Shown here: positions 48,714 to 58,760 of the stretch, in pieces
How positions within the stretch are numbered: the stretch's first letter is position 1
Layout: each line of letters opens with the position of its first letter
Assembly (NCBI GenBank): GCA_965208125.1
Contig: OZ242320.1
Span: 1,088,001 to 1,152,000 of the forward strand
DNA length: 64,000 nucleotides
Direction: 5' to 3'
DNA from: Candidatus Latescibacterota bacterium
GTDB lineage: Bacteria > Latescibacterota > UBA2968
Made by a program: the position numbers and the translations under genes
Notes under the pieces: model-generated
What the model was told of the DNA's origin: nothing
The model's input: only the letters and a program-made list of their open reading frames with translations
Database searches by the model: none

Positions 48714-49487
48714 ATGCCACACACCATGATCGCCGCGCAAATGTACACCGTGCGCGACTTCACCAAAACCATCTCAGACATCGTCGAATCCGTAAAAAAA
48801 GTAAAAGCCATTGGTTACGACGCCATGCAAGTCTCCGGCTTTGGTCCCATTGACCCCGCAGAACTAAAAAAAATCGCCGATGACAACGACATTGAAATCT
48901 GTGCCACACACACCGGCTTTGATCGCATGCGCGACGACACACAAGCCGTCATAGACGAACACCTCCTCTGGAACTGCAAATACCCCGCCATCGGCAGCCT
49001 TCCCGCGTCTTATCGGGAAGACGGCGAAGCCGGTTATATCCGCTTTGCCAAAGACGCCTCCGAAGTCGGCCACAAACTCGCCGACGCGGGCTTGACCTTT
49101 GCGTATCACAACCACAACTTTGAATTTCAAAAATTCGGCAACCGCACCGCCCTTGAAATTATCCTGCAAGAAACAGACCCCAAAGCGGTACAACTCGAAA
49201 TCGACGTATATTGGGTACAAGCAGGAGGGGGCGACCCCGCCCAATGGATCCGCAAAGCCAACACCCGCATAGACCTCGTCCACGTCAAAGACATGGCCAT
49301 TGAAGGCCGCGAAACGCGCTTTGCCGAAGTCGGCGAAGGCAACCTCAACTGGCCCGCCATCTTTGAAGCTGGCCGCGAATCCGGCACGCGCTGGTACATC
49401 GTCGAACAGGACCGCTGCTACGACCGCGACCCCTTCGACAGCCTCAAAATCAGCTACGACAACCTCCGAGCTATGGGTTTGTCTTGA
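48714..49487 (+). CDS. Sugar phosphate isomerase/epimerase TIM barrel
   Basis: QMYTVRD, YHNHNFEF, EIDVYW, HVKD, EVGEGNL, VEQD. Confidence 0.88.
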   Translation: MPHTMIAAQMYTVRDFTKTISDIVESVKKVKAIGYDAMQVSGFGPIDPAELKKIADDNDIEICATHTGFDRMRDDTQAVIDEHLLWNCKYPAIGSLPASYREDGEAGYIRFAKDASEVGHKLADAGLTFAYHNHNFEFQKFGNRTALEIILQETDPKAVQLEIDVYWVQAGGGDPAQWIRKANTRIDLVHVKDMAIEGRETRFAEVGEGNLNWPAIFEAGRESGTRWYIVEQDRCYDRDPFDSLKISYDNLRAMGLS

Positions 49488-49493
49488 ATTATC

Positions 49494-49519
49494 GGGCGAC
49501 CACAGGGGGTCGCCCCTAC
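49494..49519. repeat. GTAG-family REP-like palindrome, copy 2
   Basis: Same 22-mer as copy 1, followed by CTAC. Confidence 0.8.
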
Positions 49520-49558
49520 AATTAATATTATCACATCCGTTTTCACCCCGGAGCCCCC

Positions 49559-50068
49559 ATGCCTTACACAGATCACATAGAGCAGGCAAAAGACCCCGTC
49601 ACCTGCGCTGTACTCACCATCAGCGACACGCGCACCGAAGCCGATGACAAAAGCGGCAAAATTATAAAAGAACTGGTCGAAGCCGCCGGTCACAGCATCG
49701 CGTTTTACCGCGTCGTCAAAGACGAAGCCGACCAGATACGCGCGCTCATCAAACAAATCGCCCAAAAAGGCGAATGCCACGTCATCCTCACCAATGGCGG
49801 CACCGGCATAGCCGCGCGCGACACCACTTACGAAGCCGTCACAAGCCTCCTCGAAAAACGCCTCGACGGATTTGGCGAAGTATTTCGCTTTCTCTCCTGG
49901 GAAGACATCGGTTCTGGTGCCATGCTCTCGCGCGCCGTAGCAGGCGTGTACAAAGACACCATGATCTTCTGCATGCCGGGATCATCCGGAGCCGTGCAAC
50001 TCGCCATGGAAAAACTCATCGTCCCTGAGCTATCGCACCTCGTCTGGGAAATCTGGCGACAAAAATGA
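49559..50068 (+). CDS. moaB: Molybdenum cofactor biosynthesis protein B (MoaB/Mog)
   Basis: LTISDTR..DKSG, TNGGTGIAARDTT, GFGEVFR, MLSRA, MPGS. Confidence 0.9.
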   Translation: MPYTDHIEQAKDPVTCAVLTISDTRTEADDKSGKIIKELVEAAGHSIAFYRVVKDEADQIRALIKQIAQKGECHVILTNGGTGIAARDTTYEAVTSLLEKRLDGFGEVFRFLSWEDIGSGAMLSRAVAGVYKDTMIFCMPGSSGAVQLAMEKLIVPELSHLVWEIWRQK

Positions 50069-50096
50069 ACGCGGATAAAAGGCGAGATACAACTGA

Positions 50097-50242
50097 GTGG
50101 TTCGTCAAATAAGTTTCATATCTAAACCCACTGGACTCCGGCCTGCGCCGAAGTGACGAACGGCGGTTGTCATTGCGGCATGGGGTTAGCCGCAATCCAG
50201 TCTATCAGAAAAATATATTAGCAAATTTTTTTAATAGACCAC
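50097..50242. mobile_element. 146-bp MITE-like element containing a REP-like hairpin pair
   Basis: Imperfect terminal inverted repeats GTGGTTCGTCAAATAAGTTT / AAATTTTTTTAATAGACCAC, with TGA on both sides; internal CTGGACTCCGGC..GTGAC and TGTCATTGCGGC..GCCGCAATCCAG. Confidence 0.6.
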
Positions 50243-50254
50243 TGAGGATATACT

Positions 50255-52630
50255 ATGAACAAACTTGTGAAAATATTTCTTCTAATTTTGCTCTTCTGCC
50301 AACCAACAGACGCGAAAACGGACTGGGTGAACTGGGGCGGCCCCAATAGAGACTTCAGAATCAACAATGTGGGCATCTTCTCCTCTGACCAACCCTACGC
50401 GCTGAAAATCGTCTGGAAAAAACCCCTCGGCCCTGGATACTCACCCATCTCAATTCTCGGCGACCTCGCTGTAACCATGTATTCCGATGAAACCTTTGAT
50501 TACGTAATCGGCCTGAATACAGAAGATGGATCAGAACGATGGAAATACAAAATCGGCACCGCATACCTCGGTCACTACGGCTCGCAAAGCGGTCCCCTAT
50601 CAACGCCGATATTGACAGAAGACAAAGTCATTGCATTAGGTCCCCGGGGAAAATTGTTCGCGCTCGACGCAAATACAGGAAAAGAACTCTGGAAGATAGA
50701 CCTCGTTGCCAAACATCATGCCACAGTGCCATTTTGGGGCTTTACATCATCTCCAATTTTACACGACAATCGCCTGATCGTTCAAACCGGTGGAACACAT
50801 GCAGTCTCCGCTTATGATCCCGCATCAGGAGACTTGATCTGGTCGGCATTTAGCGACTCGGTCAACTACCAATCGCCGGGCCTATACGCCTTTGACAACC
50901 GCAAACACCTCGTCTTCTTTGGCAACAAATATCTCGCGGGCCTATCTCCCGAAACCGGTGAAATCCTGTGGCAATTTGCACATCGCGGGCAAACCGGTGC
51001 GGGACATACCAGCGGGCATCCCGTCGAGATTGGTGAAGGGCGATATTTTGTGAAAAACGGCGGCATGCTAATCGGCTTGAGAGCCAATAACGAAACCTTT
51101 GCCGTGGAGGAAATCTGGCGGACGCGCCACATTCGGGGGACGTACAGCTATGCGGTCTTTAACGCAGAATTTCTATTTGGTTATAACGGTCGCATCCTCA
51201 CCTGCATCGATGCAAACACCGGAGAACGCTTATGGCGATCGCGCGAACCGGGAGATGGCTTCCCCATCATCGTGGATAACCACCTCGTAATCATAACAAA
51301 AGAAGGCAACCTCGCCGTCGCACAGGCTTCGGGCGAAGGCTACCGGGAAACAGCCCGTCTGAAACTCTTCGACGACATTGTTTGGTCACATGCCAGCCTG
51401 GCCAACGGCAGGTTTTACGCGCGCAGCATGTCGGAAATTGCCTGTATCGAAGTCGTACCAGAAACACAAGTGGCAAAATCAGACACAGATGACATCGCGC
51501 CAAACTCGCATTTTGCACAATTTGTCGAAAAAGTAAAACAATCCCCAGACAAAAAAACGCAGATCGATCAATTCATGGCACAACAGAAAAACTTTCCAAT
51601 TCTCGAAGGCGAGAACCTCGTGCATTTTGTATATCGCGGCAAAGCGGAAGACGTCACCATAACCGGCGATCACGTAGGACGAAGATACGACCACCCCATG
51701 CACCGAATTGAGGGAACGGACTTCTTCTATTCCACCGCACAACTCGAACCCGACGCCCGCATCACCTATCGCTACACCCTGGACTTACAGCGATCCATCC
51801 CCGACCCGCTCAACCCGCAACAGATTCGATCCCTCTTCTTTGGCCGCGCTTCCTATTTCGGCATGCCGCGCTGGCAGACCCCCGACCATCTCAAAGCGCG
51901 ACCAGATGGCATTCACGGCAAAATTGACACCACGCGTTTTGAAAGCGCGGAAATTGGCGGACAGCGCAAAATGGAAATCTATCTCCCACCGGGTTACGAT
52001 AAAAGCAACGAACAATACCCCGTCGTATATATCCACGCCGCGCGCCGACAGTGGTCCCTGGGAAAAATGAATATCTCGCTGGACAATATCATCGGCAAGC
52101 GCGTGCGCCCTGTAATCGCGGTATTTGTCCCATCACTCTTCAGAGGCGGATACGCAGAGTACGTAGGGGAAAAACGCGAGGCGTACAATCGGATCTTTAC
52201 AGAAAAGATCGTACCCTACATCGACCGGACATATCGCACCATCAAAAGCCGCGAAGGCCGGGCAAATATCGGGACAATTTACGGTGGATTTATGGCATTT
52301 TACGCCACCTTTACACATCCCGACATATTTGGCAAAATAGGCATACAATCCCTATCCTGGGATCAGACCGCAGAAGCCAAAGATGCAGACCTGGTCTTTC
52401 AGGCAACAAAACAAATGCCCATAGATATTTATCTGGATTGGGGAAAATACGACTTGCGAAGCCCAATGGAGGGAAATGATCTGGGCAAAAGCACGGCATC
52501 GTTTGCCCAGCTACTTAAAAAGAGAGGTTATACCTTTACCGGAGGCGAAGTAAACGACGGCGCGGGTTGGGCGAGTTGGAGAAACCGAACGGACAAAATA
52601 TTTGAAACGCTTTTTCCTCTCTCAGATTGA
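50255..52630 (+). CDS. PQQ-like beta-propeller fused to an enterochelin-esterase-like domain lacking the catalytic Ser and His
   Basis: Signal peptide; DWVNWGGP; ALDANTGKELW repeats; IYLPPGY..YPVVY; GTIYGG in place of GxSxGG. Confidence 0.78.
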   Translation: MNKLVKIFLLILLFCQPTDAKTDWVNWGGPNRDFRINNVGIFSSDQPYALKIVWKKPLGPGYSPISILGDLAVTMYSDETFDYVIGLNTEDGSERWKYKIGTAYLGHYGSQSGPLSTPILTEDKVIALGPRGKLFALDANTGKELWKIDLVAKHHATVPFWGFTSSPILHDNRLIVQTGGTHAVSAYDPASGDLIWSAFSDSVNYQSPGLYAFDNRKHLVFFGNKYLAGLSPETGEILWQFAHRGQTGAGHTSGHPVEIGEGRYFVKNGGMLIGLRANNETFAVEEIWRTRHIRGTYSYAVFNAEFLFGYNGRILTCIDANTGERLWRSREPGDGFPIIVDNHLVIITKEGNLAVAQASGEGYRETARLKLFDDIVWSHASLANGRFYARSMSEIACIEVVPETQVAKSDTDDIAPNSHFAQFVEKVKQSPDKKTQIDQFMAQQKNFPILEGENLVHFVYRGKAEDVTITGDHVGRRYDHPMHRIEGTDFFYSTAQLEPDARITYRYTLDLQRSIPDPLNPQQIRSLFFGRASYFGMPRWQTPDHLKARPDGIHGKIDTTRFESAEIGGQRKMEIYLPPGYDKSNEQYPVVYIHAARRQWSLGKMNISLDNIIGKRVRPVIAVFVPSLFRGGYAEYVGEKREAYNRIFTEKIVPYIDRTYRTIKSREGRANIGTIYGGFMAFYATFTHPDIFGKIGIQSLSWDQTAEAKDADLVFQATKQMPIDIYLDWGKYDLRSPMEGNDLGKSTASFAQLLKKRGYTFTGGEVNDGAGWASWRNRTDKIFETLFPLSD

Positions 52631-52631
52631 T

Positions 52632-53357
52632 TCAGTTTCCCTGCTTCCCGCTTCTTTCTCTCTCAGGTGATCTCGGCGGAGGACCACCGCGGTCATCCGC
52701 AGCGCGACTCCTGCGTCTATTGCGCCGCTTTATCTCTTCCAACTCTGCATGAATGGCTTTCTGAATTTCAACGCGAGAGGCACCATCGGCAATTAGTCTG
52801 TCAATTTTTTTTTGAAGTTCAGACATCTCGCCTTCTGTCAACCGAGAACCAGAGTAAGCGGGTCTCTGCCCCTCCCAATTAATCCCCATAACAGCCAACT
52901 CGTCGCGTATCTCTCTGTAAATCCTGTGATAGGTCGCACCATTCGCTTTTAGAGCCTCGGCCTTTTTGCGAAGCGCAGACATCTGGTCTTCTGTCAACAC
53001 CGCACTTAATCGCGTCAAAAATGTTTCTGTTAAATCTACGCCAAAACCCTCGAGTTCGGCAAAAATAGCCCTTCTAATCTCAGGGAGTTCTGCCCCTCCC
53101 TCGAGTAATTCATTGATCCTCGCCTGCAAAGCCGTCCGCTGCGCTTCCGTCAATTGCGCCGAAAGCACCCACAACAGCGCACTTCCTCGAGATCGCTGAC
53201 TTAGACGCTGGCGGAAGGTCACGCGATCATCAAGACCATCGCCATCCTCATCGACAAAAGCCGGTGGCGACTCCTCCTGCTTTTCTTGTGTATTAGCAAA
53301 CGCATCGCACCACAGCGTTGCAATTATCAAAAATATGGTAATTAAACACCGTTTCAT
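52632..53357 (-). CDS. Exported helical-repeat hypothetical protein
   Basis: Signal peptide from MKRCL; FVDEDGDGLDD; three repeats of about 48 aa (LTE.Q...L.......GA....I...I..EL). Confidence 0.65.
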   Translation of the reverse strand: MKRCLITIFLIIATLWCDAFANTQEKQEESPPAFVDEDGDGLDDRVTFRQRLSQRSRGSALLWVLSAQLTEAQRTALQARINELLEGGAELPEIRRAIFAELEGFGVDLTETFLTRLSAVLTEDQMSALRKKAEALKANGATYHRIYREIRDELAVMGINWEGQRPAYSGSRLTEGEMSELQKKIDRLIADGASRVEIQKAIHAELEEIKRRNRRRSRAADDRGGPPPRSPERERSGKQGN

Positions 53358-53398
53358 ATCTGCCATTTCCTGTAAATGCCAATTAAGGTCGCATCGCA

Positions 53399-53472
53399 GG
53401 ACAACCACAGGGGGTTGTCCCTACGTATAATAATCCTGTGTTATTGTAGGGGCGGTGTCCCTGTGCCCGCCC
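53399..53472. repeat. Inverted REP doublet (BIME-like)
   Basis: GGACAACC-acaggg-GGTTGTCC-CTAC, then a 21-bp spacer, then GTAG-GGGCGG-tgtccctgtgc-CCGCCC. Confidence 0.7.
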
Positions 53473-53474
53473 TT

Positions 53475-54854
53475 CTATTTCGACAAATCCATTGCCCGTC
53501 TTGTTCCGATCTTTATTTTTTCTCCAAGCGGAAAAATCAATATAAACCTCGCCCCACCCTCTGTCCTGTTCTCTACCTGCACCTGTCCGTCATTTTGCGT
53601 CACTATGCGCTTCACAATCGCCAACCCCAGACCCGCACTATTGGAATTTTCATCTATCCGATAAAAAGGCTCAAAGATTTTTTCTCTCAAATGTTCGGGA
53701 ATACCGCAGCCATCGTCTTCCACACTGATATGAGCCATTTCATCCACTTTTTTTCCCGTAATCCAGATATGGTGCCTGGCATGCCGCACTGCATTGGTAA
53801 CCAGATTGGTAAGCGCGCGTTTGAAATGCGTCTCATTAGCCCAGACCGTCAGGTGTTCACTGTCGATATCCACAGAAATATCCTGGCGCAATTCTGTTAC
53901 CATTTCGGGTAGTTCTCGCATTTGTGCATAAACATCAATTTCCGTGCGATGTGAAATGTCCCGGTCTAATCGCGCAAAATCCATCAACTCCTCAACCAGA
54001 TCATTCAATTCATACACCGAGCGTTCAATGCGCCGAATATCCGTATGATGATCCTCCACCACATTGTTATTCTTCAATTTATTGAGAAGAAAAAAAATAC
54101 GTGCCAGAGGCGTTCTCAGTTCGTGTGACACCGCTCTTAAAAGCTCTCGCTGCCCATCTACTACCCCCTCAATACGATCGGCCATACCATTGAAACTGCG
54201 CGCCAAATCCGCCACGGCATAGCCCTTCCCAACCGGAGACCGGCTGCTCAAATCACCCCTCCCAAATCGCTCGGCGGCATCCGACAATGCGTAAATTCGA
54301 CGTTCAAAAGGGTGAATTAAAAAATAAATCGCCACACCTATACCAAACAAAATCGCGACTAAAATGCCAAAAAAGAAAACATCAATTTGAAAAAAGAAAT
54401 TGCCGCCATCTCCCTCACCATCTCCTTCTTCAATCAAATTATCCTGCCATCGAATCATCTCCTCCAGCAGGTATGGTCCCAACACAATAACATCGCCATT
54501 GGGTGCCATCTGGTATGTCTGCAATCTTTCCTCTATGGAAATAGTCACAACCTCTCCAGCTTTCAAACCGTCTTTCTCAGCCGAAGAAAGCGGCAAAACA
54601 AATAACGGCTCCAGCGTAATGGGCATGCGGTGCGTCAGACTGAACATATTGAGCACCAGCAACTGCGCCACCGGATCCGTATCTACAGCCCCGAGTTCCT
54701 GGCGAACCATTGCGATAAGCGCCTGGGTCTTGTCCTCAAAATCAGCCTGCCGAACAGAGGCAACCCACTGCTTTGACATTGCAAAAAAACCAAACGCACT
54801 CAAAAGCAAAACAATGGCAATTCCCGCATAAATACGGATAAATTGTTTCCTCAT
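53475..54854 (-). CDS. Sensor histidine kinase with HAMP domain (RstB/CpxA-like)
   Basis: Two TM segments; VSHELRTPL; NLVTNA; EDDGCG; FEPFYR; GLGLAIV. Confidence 0.92.
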   Translation of the reverse strand: MRKQFIRIYAGIAIVLLLSAFGFFAMSKQWVASVRQADFEDKTQALIAMVRQELGAVDTDPVAQLLVLNMFSLTHRMPITLEPLFVLPLSSAEKDGLKAGEVVTISIEERLQTYQMAPNGDVIVLGPYLLEEMIRWQDNLIEEGDGEGDGGNFFFQIDVFFFGILVAILFGIGVAIYFLIHPFERRIYALSDAAERFGRGDLSSRSPVGKGYAVADLARSFNGMADRIEGVVDGQRELLRAVSHELRTPLARIFFLLNKLKNNNVVEDHHTDIRRIERSVYELNDLVEELMDFARLDRDISHRTEIDVYAQMRELPEMVTELRQDISVDIDSEHLTVWANETHFKRALTNLVTNAVRHARHHIWITGKKVDEMAHISVEDDGCGIPEHLREKIFEPFYRIDENSNSAGLGLAIVKRIVTQNDGQVQVENRTEGGARFILIFPLGEKIKIGTRRAMDLSK

Positions 54855-54866
54855 TGGTCACTCGCC

Positions 54867-55574
54867 TCACACTTCACCCTGCGCTGGCACTGACAGAAGA
54901 TAACCCACACCGCGCACGGTCTTGATCGAAACAGGCGTTGAATGATCTCCGCCGAGTTTTTGGCGGAGGCGCGAAATATACACATCTACGCTGCGATCCA
55001 ATCCATCGTAATCGTAATTAAACAACGCCTGATAAATATCTTGCCGACTCACCACTTCACCGGCTCGATTGGCCAGATAATAGAGCAAATCAAATTCATA
55101 AGTCGTAAGATCAACAACGCGTTCACCCAGCCCGACCTCCCGACGATTTGCATCCACCATTAGCTCTCCTACCCTCACCCGATCTGAAGGCATAGGTTTC
55201 CGCGAACCAACAGCCCTGCGCAGCAATGCGCGCACCCTCGCCACAAGCAATTGGGGCCGCACGGGTTTGGTCACATAATCATCTCCACCCATCTCCAGAC
55301 CCAAAATTTCATCTAATTCTTCATCTCGAGCCGTCAAAAATAAAATCGGCCCATCGTATTCTGGACGCACATCCCGGCAAACCGTATATCCGTTCATACC
55401 CGGCAGCATAATATCCAAAATAACCAGATCGGGCGGAGTAGCCAATATGCGATCTCGAGCGGCCTTGCCCTCGGCCTCGTACCAGACCACAAATCCTTCA
55501 TTCTCCAAAAAATCTCGCGTCAACTCCGCCAATTCCCTATCGTCTTCAACCAGCAAAATTGTCTGATCGGCCAT
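54867..55574 (-). CDS. OmpR-family response regulator (RstA-like)
   Basis: LLVEDD, LDIMLP, LTAR, DDYVTKP, RSVDVYISRLR, KTVRGVGY. Confidence 0.93.
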   Translation of the reverse strand: MADQTILLVEDDRELAELTRDFLENEGFVVWYEAEGKAARDRILATPPDLVILDIMLPGMNGYTVCRDVRPEYDGPILFLTARDEELDEILGLEMGGDDYVTKPVRPQLLVARVRALLRRAVGSRKPMPSDRVRVGELMVDANRREVGLGERVVDLTTYEFDLLYYLANRAGEVVSRQDIYQALFNYDYDGLDRSVDVYISRLRQKLGGDHSTPVSIKTVRGVGYLLSVPAQGEV

Positions 55575-55609
55575 GGAATTTATCTCTGATTTTGGATTTG
55601 CCTGCTCAC

Positions 55610-56484
55610 TTACACCAGACGCTTCACGGTTTCTACAATCTGTGCGCGTTGTGCATCGCTCACCGGTCTTCCAGGCGGTCTGGGATCGCCACAATCAACT
55701 CCCAATCGCGCACTCAACGCCACCTTGATCACCGAATGAAAGCCACCGCCTGCGCTCAGCATCTCATAAGCACGCGACGCTTTATCCTGTGCTACTTCTG
55801 CCGCCTTCAAATCCCCTGCCCGATACGCATTCCAGATCGCCACCCACAATTCGGGAAACACATTCAGCGGCCCATCTACACACCCACACGCGCCAATAGT
55901 CATCGCTGGCAACATCAGCCGGTGATTGCCAATAAAACACGACAACCCCATCCCGGCAAACGTCCGCACATTTGCAAACGTCGATGCCGAGTGCTTCAAC
56001 CCCTTCAGTTGCGGCACGCGATCCTGGATTTTTTTCATCATCCCAGGCGTAATTTCCACGCCTGTTGCCCCCGGCAAATTGTACACAAATAACGGCAAAT
56101 CAGCAGCACCTGCCACAACCCGATAATGCTCGGCAATATCATCGTCATCGCGCCGATAAAAAAACGGCGGCACACAACACAGCGCATCTGCCCCCACACG
56201 GGCAGCGTGCTCTGCCAACCGCGCTGCGCGATCCGTCGTTGGCGCACCCACATGCATAATAACTTTTGCACGCCCATTCGATTGATCCACAATCGCCGAT
56301 GCAACCTGCATATTTTCATCATCGTCCAACAACACACTCTCCCAGTGCCTCCCGCGACCCAAAAACCGTGTACACCAGCTTCGATATTAAACTCTACAAT
56401 TCTGCGAAACACCTCTTCGTTAAACCGTCCGTCTTGCTCCATAGGCGTTGCAATAGCGGGAACTACGCCTTCAAAATTGCCCAT
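55610..56484 (-). pseudogene. DapA/NanA-family aldolase split by a 1-nt frameshift
   Basis: N-part PAIATP..VAGGTG in one frame; ESVLL..YNLP..GLKHS in another; one G missing in the G-run at 56341-56343. Confidence 0.85.
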
Positions 56485-56498
56485 TTAAATCTCCTGTG

Positions 56499-57260
56499 TT
56501 ATTGCCCTAACGTACGGATATCCAACCGCGTAACACTCACATGACCTTCGCGCAAAACCATACCATCTGTGCCTGCGCGCTCTTCTACCTCTGGCTGATC
56601 GATATTGTGATAATATCCCTCTTCCGACGCCACAAAACACGAAGTGTAAAACGTATGCCCGAGCACCGTTTGTATAACGCGCCAGTCGTCTGATAGTTCA
56701 GCCGGCATATTCACATTCCACGTCACGGGATCAGACAGAAAATCTGCCTGACCGTTCAAAAATGCAAATACCTGATCCAACATCGCACGGCATCTTTCGA
56801 ACAACAATTCTCGCACATCGGGTTGCATCGCGCGATCCTCAACCCACTGCCGAAACACCTGCCTGGGTAAAACCTGTGACAATGCCACACCCGGCAACCC
56901 CGCGATATTAGCTTCCAGAGCAGCCCCAACTGTCCCCGAAGAAAGCGTGAAACTCAATCCCGAATTGCTGCCCATATTAACACCTGAAATCACCAGATCA
57001 GGCCTGCCGCCATCAAACAAATGATAAATGCCAAAATTCGCGCAATCCGCTGGCGTCCCCGAAAACGCATACGTCTCACACGCAAACCCATCCAATTTTT
57101 CTACGCGACGCATGCCAAACCGCGTCATCGCCTTGCCTTTCCAACTCTGCTCCTCGGCGGGCACCACGGCTTTCACATCTCCCATCACCTGAAAATAATC
57201 CACTGCAAACAAAAACAGAGGAGAATCCAAACTATCGTCATTCGTCAATAAAATTTTCAA
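56499..57260 (-). CDS. surE: SurE-family 5'/3'-nucleotidase
   Basis: ILLTNDD, GTPADC, PDLVISGVNMGSN, SGTVGAA, WNVNMP. Confidence 0.85.
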   Translation of the reverse strand: MKILLTNDDSLDSPLFLFAVDYFQVMGDVKAVVPAEEQSWKGKAMTRFGMRRVEKLDGFACETYAFSGTPADCANFGIYHLFDGGRPDLVISGVNMGSNSGLSFTLSSGTVGAALEANIAGLPGVALSQVLPRQVFRQWVEDRAMQPDVRELLFERCRAMLDQVFAFLNGQADFLSDPVTWNVNMPAELSDDWRVIQTVLGHTFYTSCFVASEEGYYHNIDQPEVEERAGTDGMVLREGHVSVTRLDIRTLGQ

Positions 57261-57263
57261 AAA

Positions 57264-58760
57264 TCACACCCCAATCTCCTCAAAAGGAAACATCGGCTCG
57301 CGGCGAAACTCGTATTCAAAACCTCGCATATCCGCCGCTGTTGCGCCCGGTGTATCCACCCGAATCAAAGCCGTACACACCGGCTGATATGCCGCAACAG
57401 GTGCATGAACACCCTTGGCCACAACCACTTGAAACGCGGCGGGATCCAGATCGCAACTCGTCATCAACCCCAGACTCACGGGCACCGCGCGCCGAGAAGT
57501 CAAACTAATTGTAATACCCGTATCCGTCTCCACAATCGCCGTGGGACCCATATCAAAAGCTGTTCGCCCGCCGTGTCGCACCTCAGGCTCTCTGTACTTT
57601 CCCGCGTGCAAACTGCGCACCCGCACCTCTGCGTTCAGAGGCGCACCGTGTAAATCATCCGTCTTACCTCCAATATCCAGCACCACGCGATTTCCAACCC
57701 CCGCGTCTCGCGCTCGCGCCTGTGATTCGGGATCAAAAATACACACAAAGCCCGTCGTATTCCCCCGCCTGTGCAACTCGTGCAAAATCTCCGTACCATC
57801 GCCAGCAGATCCCCCGCCTACATTATCCCCCATATCGAGCAAACAAACGGGACCCTCTTGTCTCACCGCCATATCGACAGCATCGGGAACAGCAATATAC
57901 TCGCCCACAAATTCCGCGCGGTGAGCAAACAAATAATCCGCCAACCGATTCGTCAGCACCTGTGCCCGCTCCATATCACCATCTGTCACCACCACAAATG
58001 CCGACCCCATCTCCTCCACATCGGCATACGGAAAACCCAGCACAATACTATTCGACAAAACACCTGTCTCTTTCAACATCTCATCTGCTAACTCATACAT
58101 CGGCAAACACGGCGGCGCAAAAGTCGATTGACGCTCAATATTAATCCCAATAGGCGGAAAAGCCCCCGCTTGCACAGGCTCCACCTCCTCTTTCAAGGTC
58201 CGCACCATCAACGACGCAGCTTCCAGCCCGCGCTGTTTCTGATCGAGATGGGGATTCGAGCGATAGGCAATCGTCGCATCGCACGCCGCAACCATGCGCG
58301 GCGACAAATTGGCATGCGGATCAATCGTGCAAATAATCGGCTTCTCAGGCCCAACTGTCTCGCGCAAACGCGACAACCAGTGCCCATCCATATCGCGGTA
58401 CTCATCGCCCTCACCTGAATTTGCCCCGTGAGGTGCTACGAGATACCCATCCACATCACCCACAGCCTCCACCTCATCAAACATCAACCGCATCAATTCT
58501 TCACACGTCTCTCTGGTAATGCGGCCAGACGGCGTTGTACCCGCATGAAAAATCGGCAGTGCATCAATGCCTGCCGACTCCAAACCTTCTAAAAATCCAC
58601 TGACTTCGTGGTGTCCACCCGAATAGTGATCATACATCGCCCGACCCGTAAAAATCCCGTCCCGTCGAAACGAATCCATAGTCGTTGGCGTGCTGATAAA
58701 CGTATTCGACTCGTGCAACAGCGAAATAATACCCACGCGCATCGGGAATATTCCTCTCAT
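57264..58760 (-). CDS. M81 (MlrC-like) metallopeptidase
   Basis: HESNTF, PHGA, DPHAN, YRSNPHLD, FPYADV, DMGDNVGGG; start may be the second Met (MRVG). Confidence 0.88.
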   Translation of the reverse strand: MRGIFPMRVGIISLLHESNTFISTPTTMDSFRRDGIFTGRAMYDHYSGGHHEVSGFLEGLESAGIDALPIFHAGTTPSGRITRETCEELMRLMFDEVEAVGDVDGYLVAPHGANSGEGDEYRDMDGHWLSRLRETVGPEKPIICTIDPHANLSPRMVAACDATIAYRSNPHLDQKQRGLEAASLMVRTLKEEVEPVQAGAFPPIGINIERQSTFAPPCLPMYELADEMLKETGVLSNSIVLGFPYADVEEMGSAFVVVTDGDMERAQVLTNRLADYLFAHRAEFVGEYIAVPDAVDMAVRQEGPVCLLDMGDNVGGGSAGDGTEILHELHRRGNTTGFVCIFDPESQARARDAGVGNRVVLDIGGKTDDLHGAPLNAEVRVRSLHAGKYREPEVRHGGRTAFDMGPTAIVETDTGITISLTSRRAVPVSLGLMTSCDLDPAAFQVVVAKGVHAPVAAYQPVCTALIRVDTPGATAADMRGFEYEFRREPMFPFEEIGV

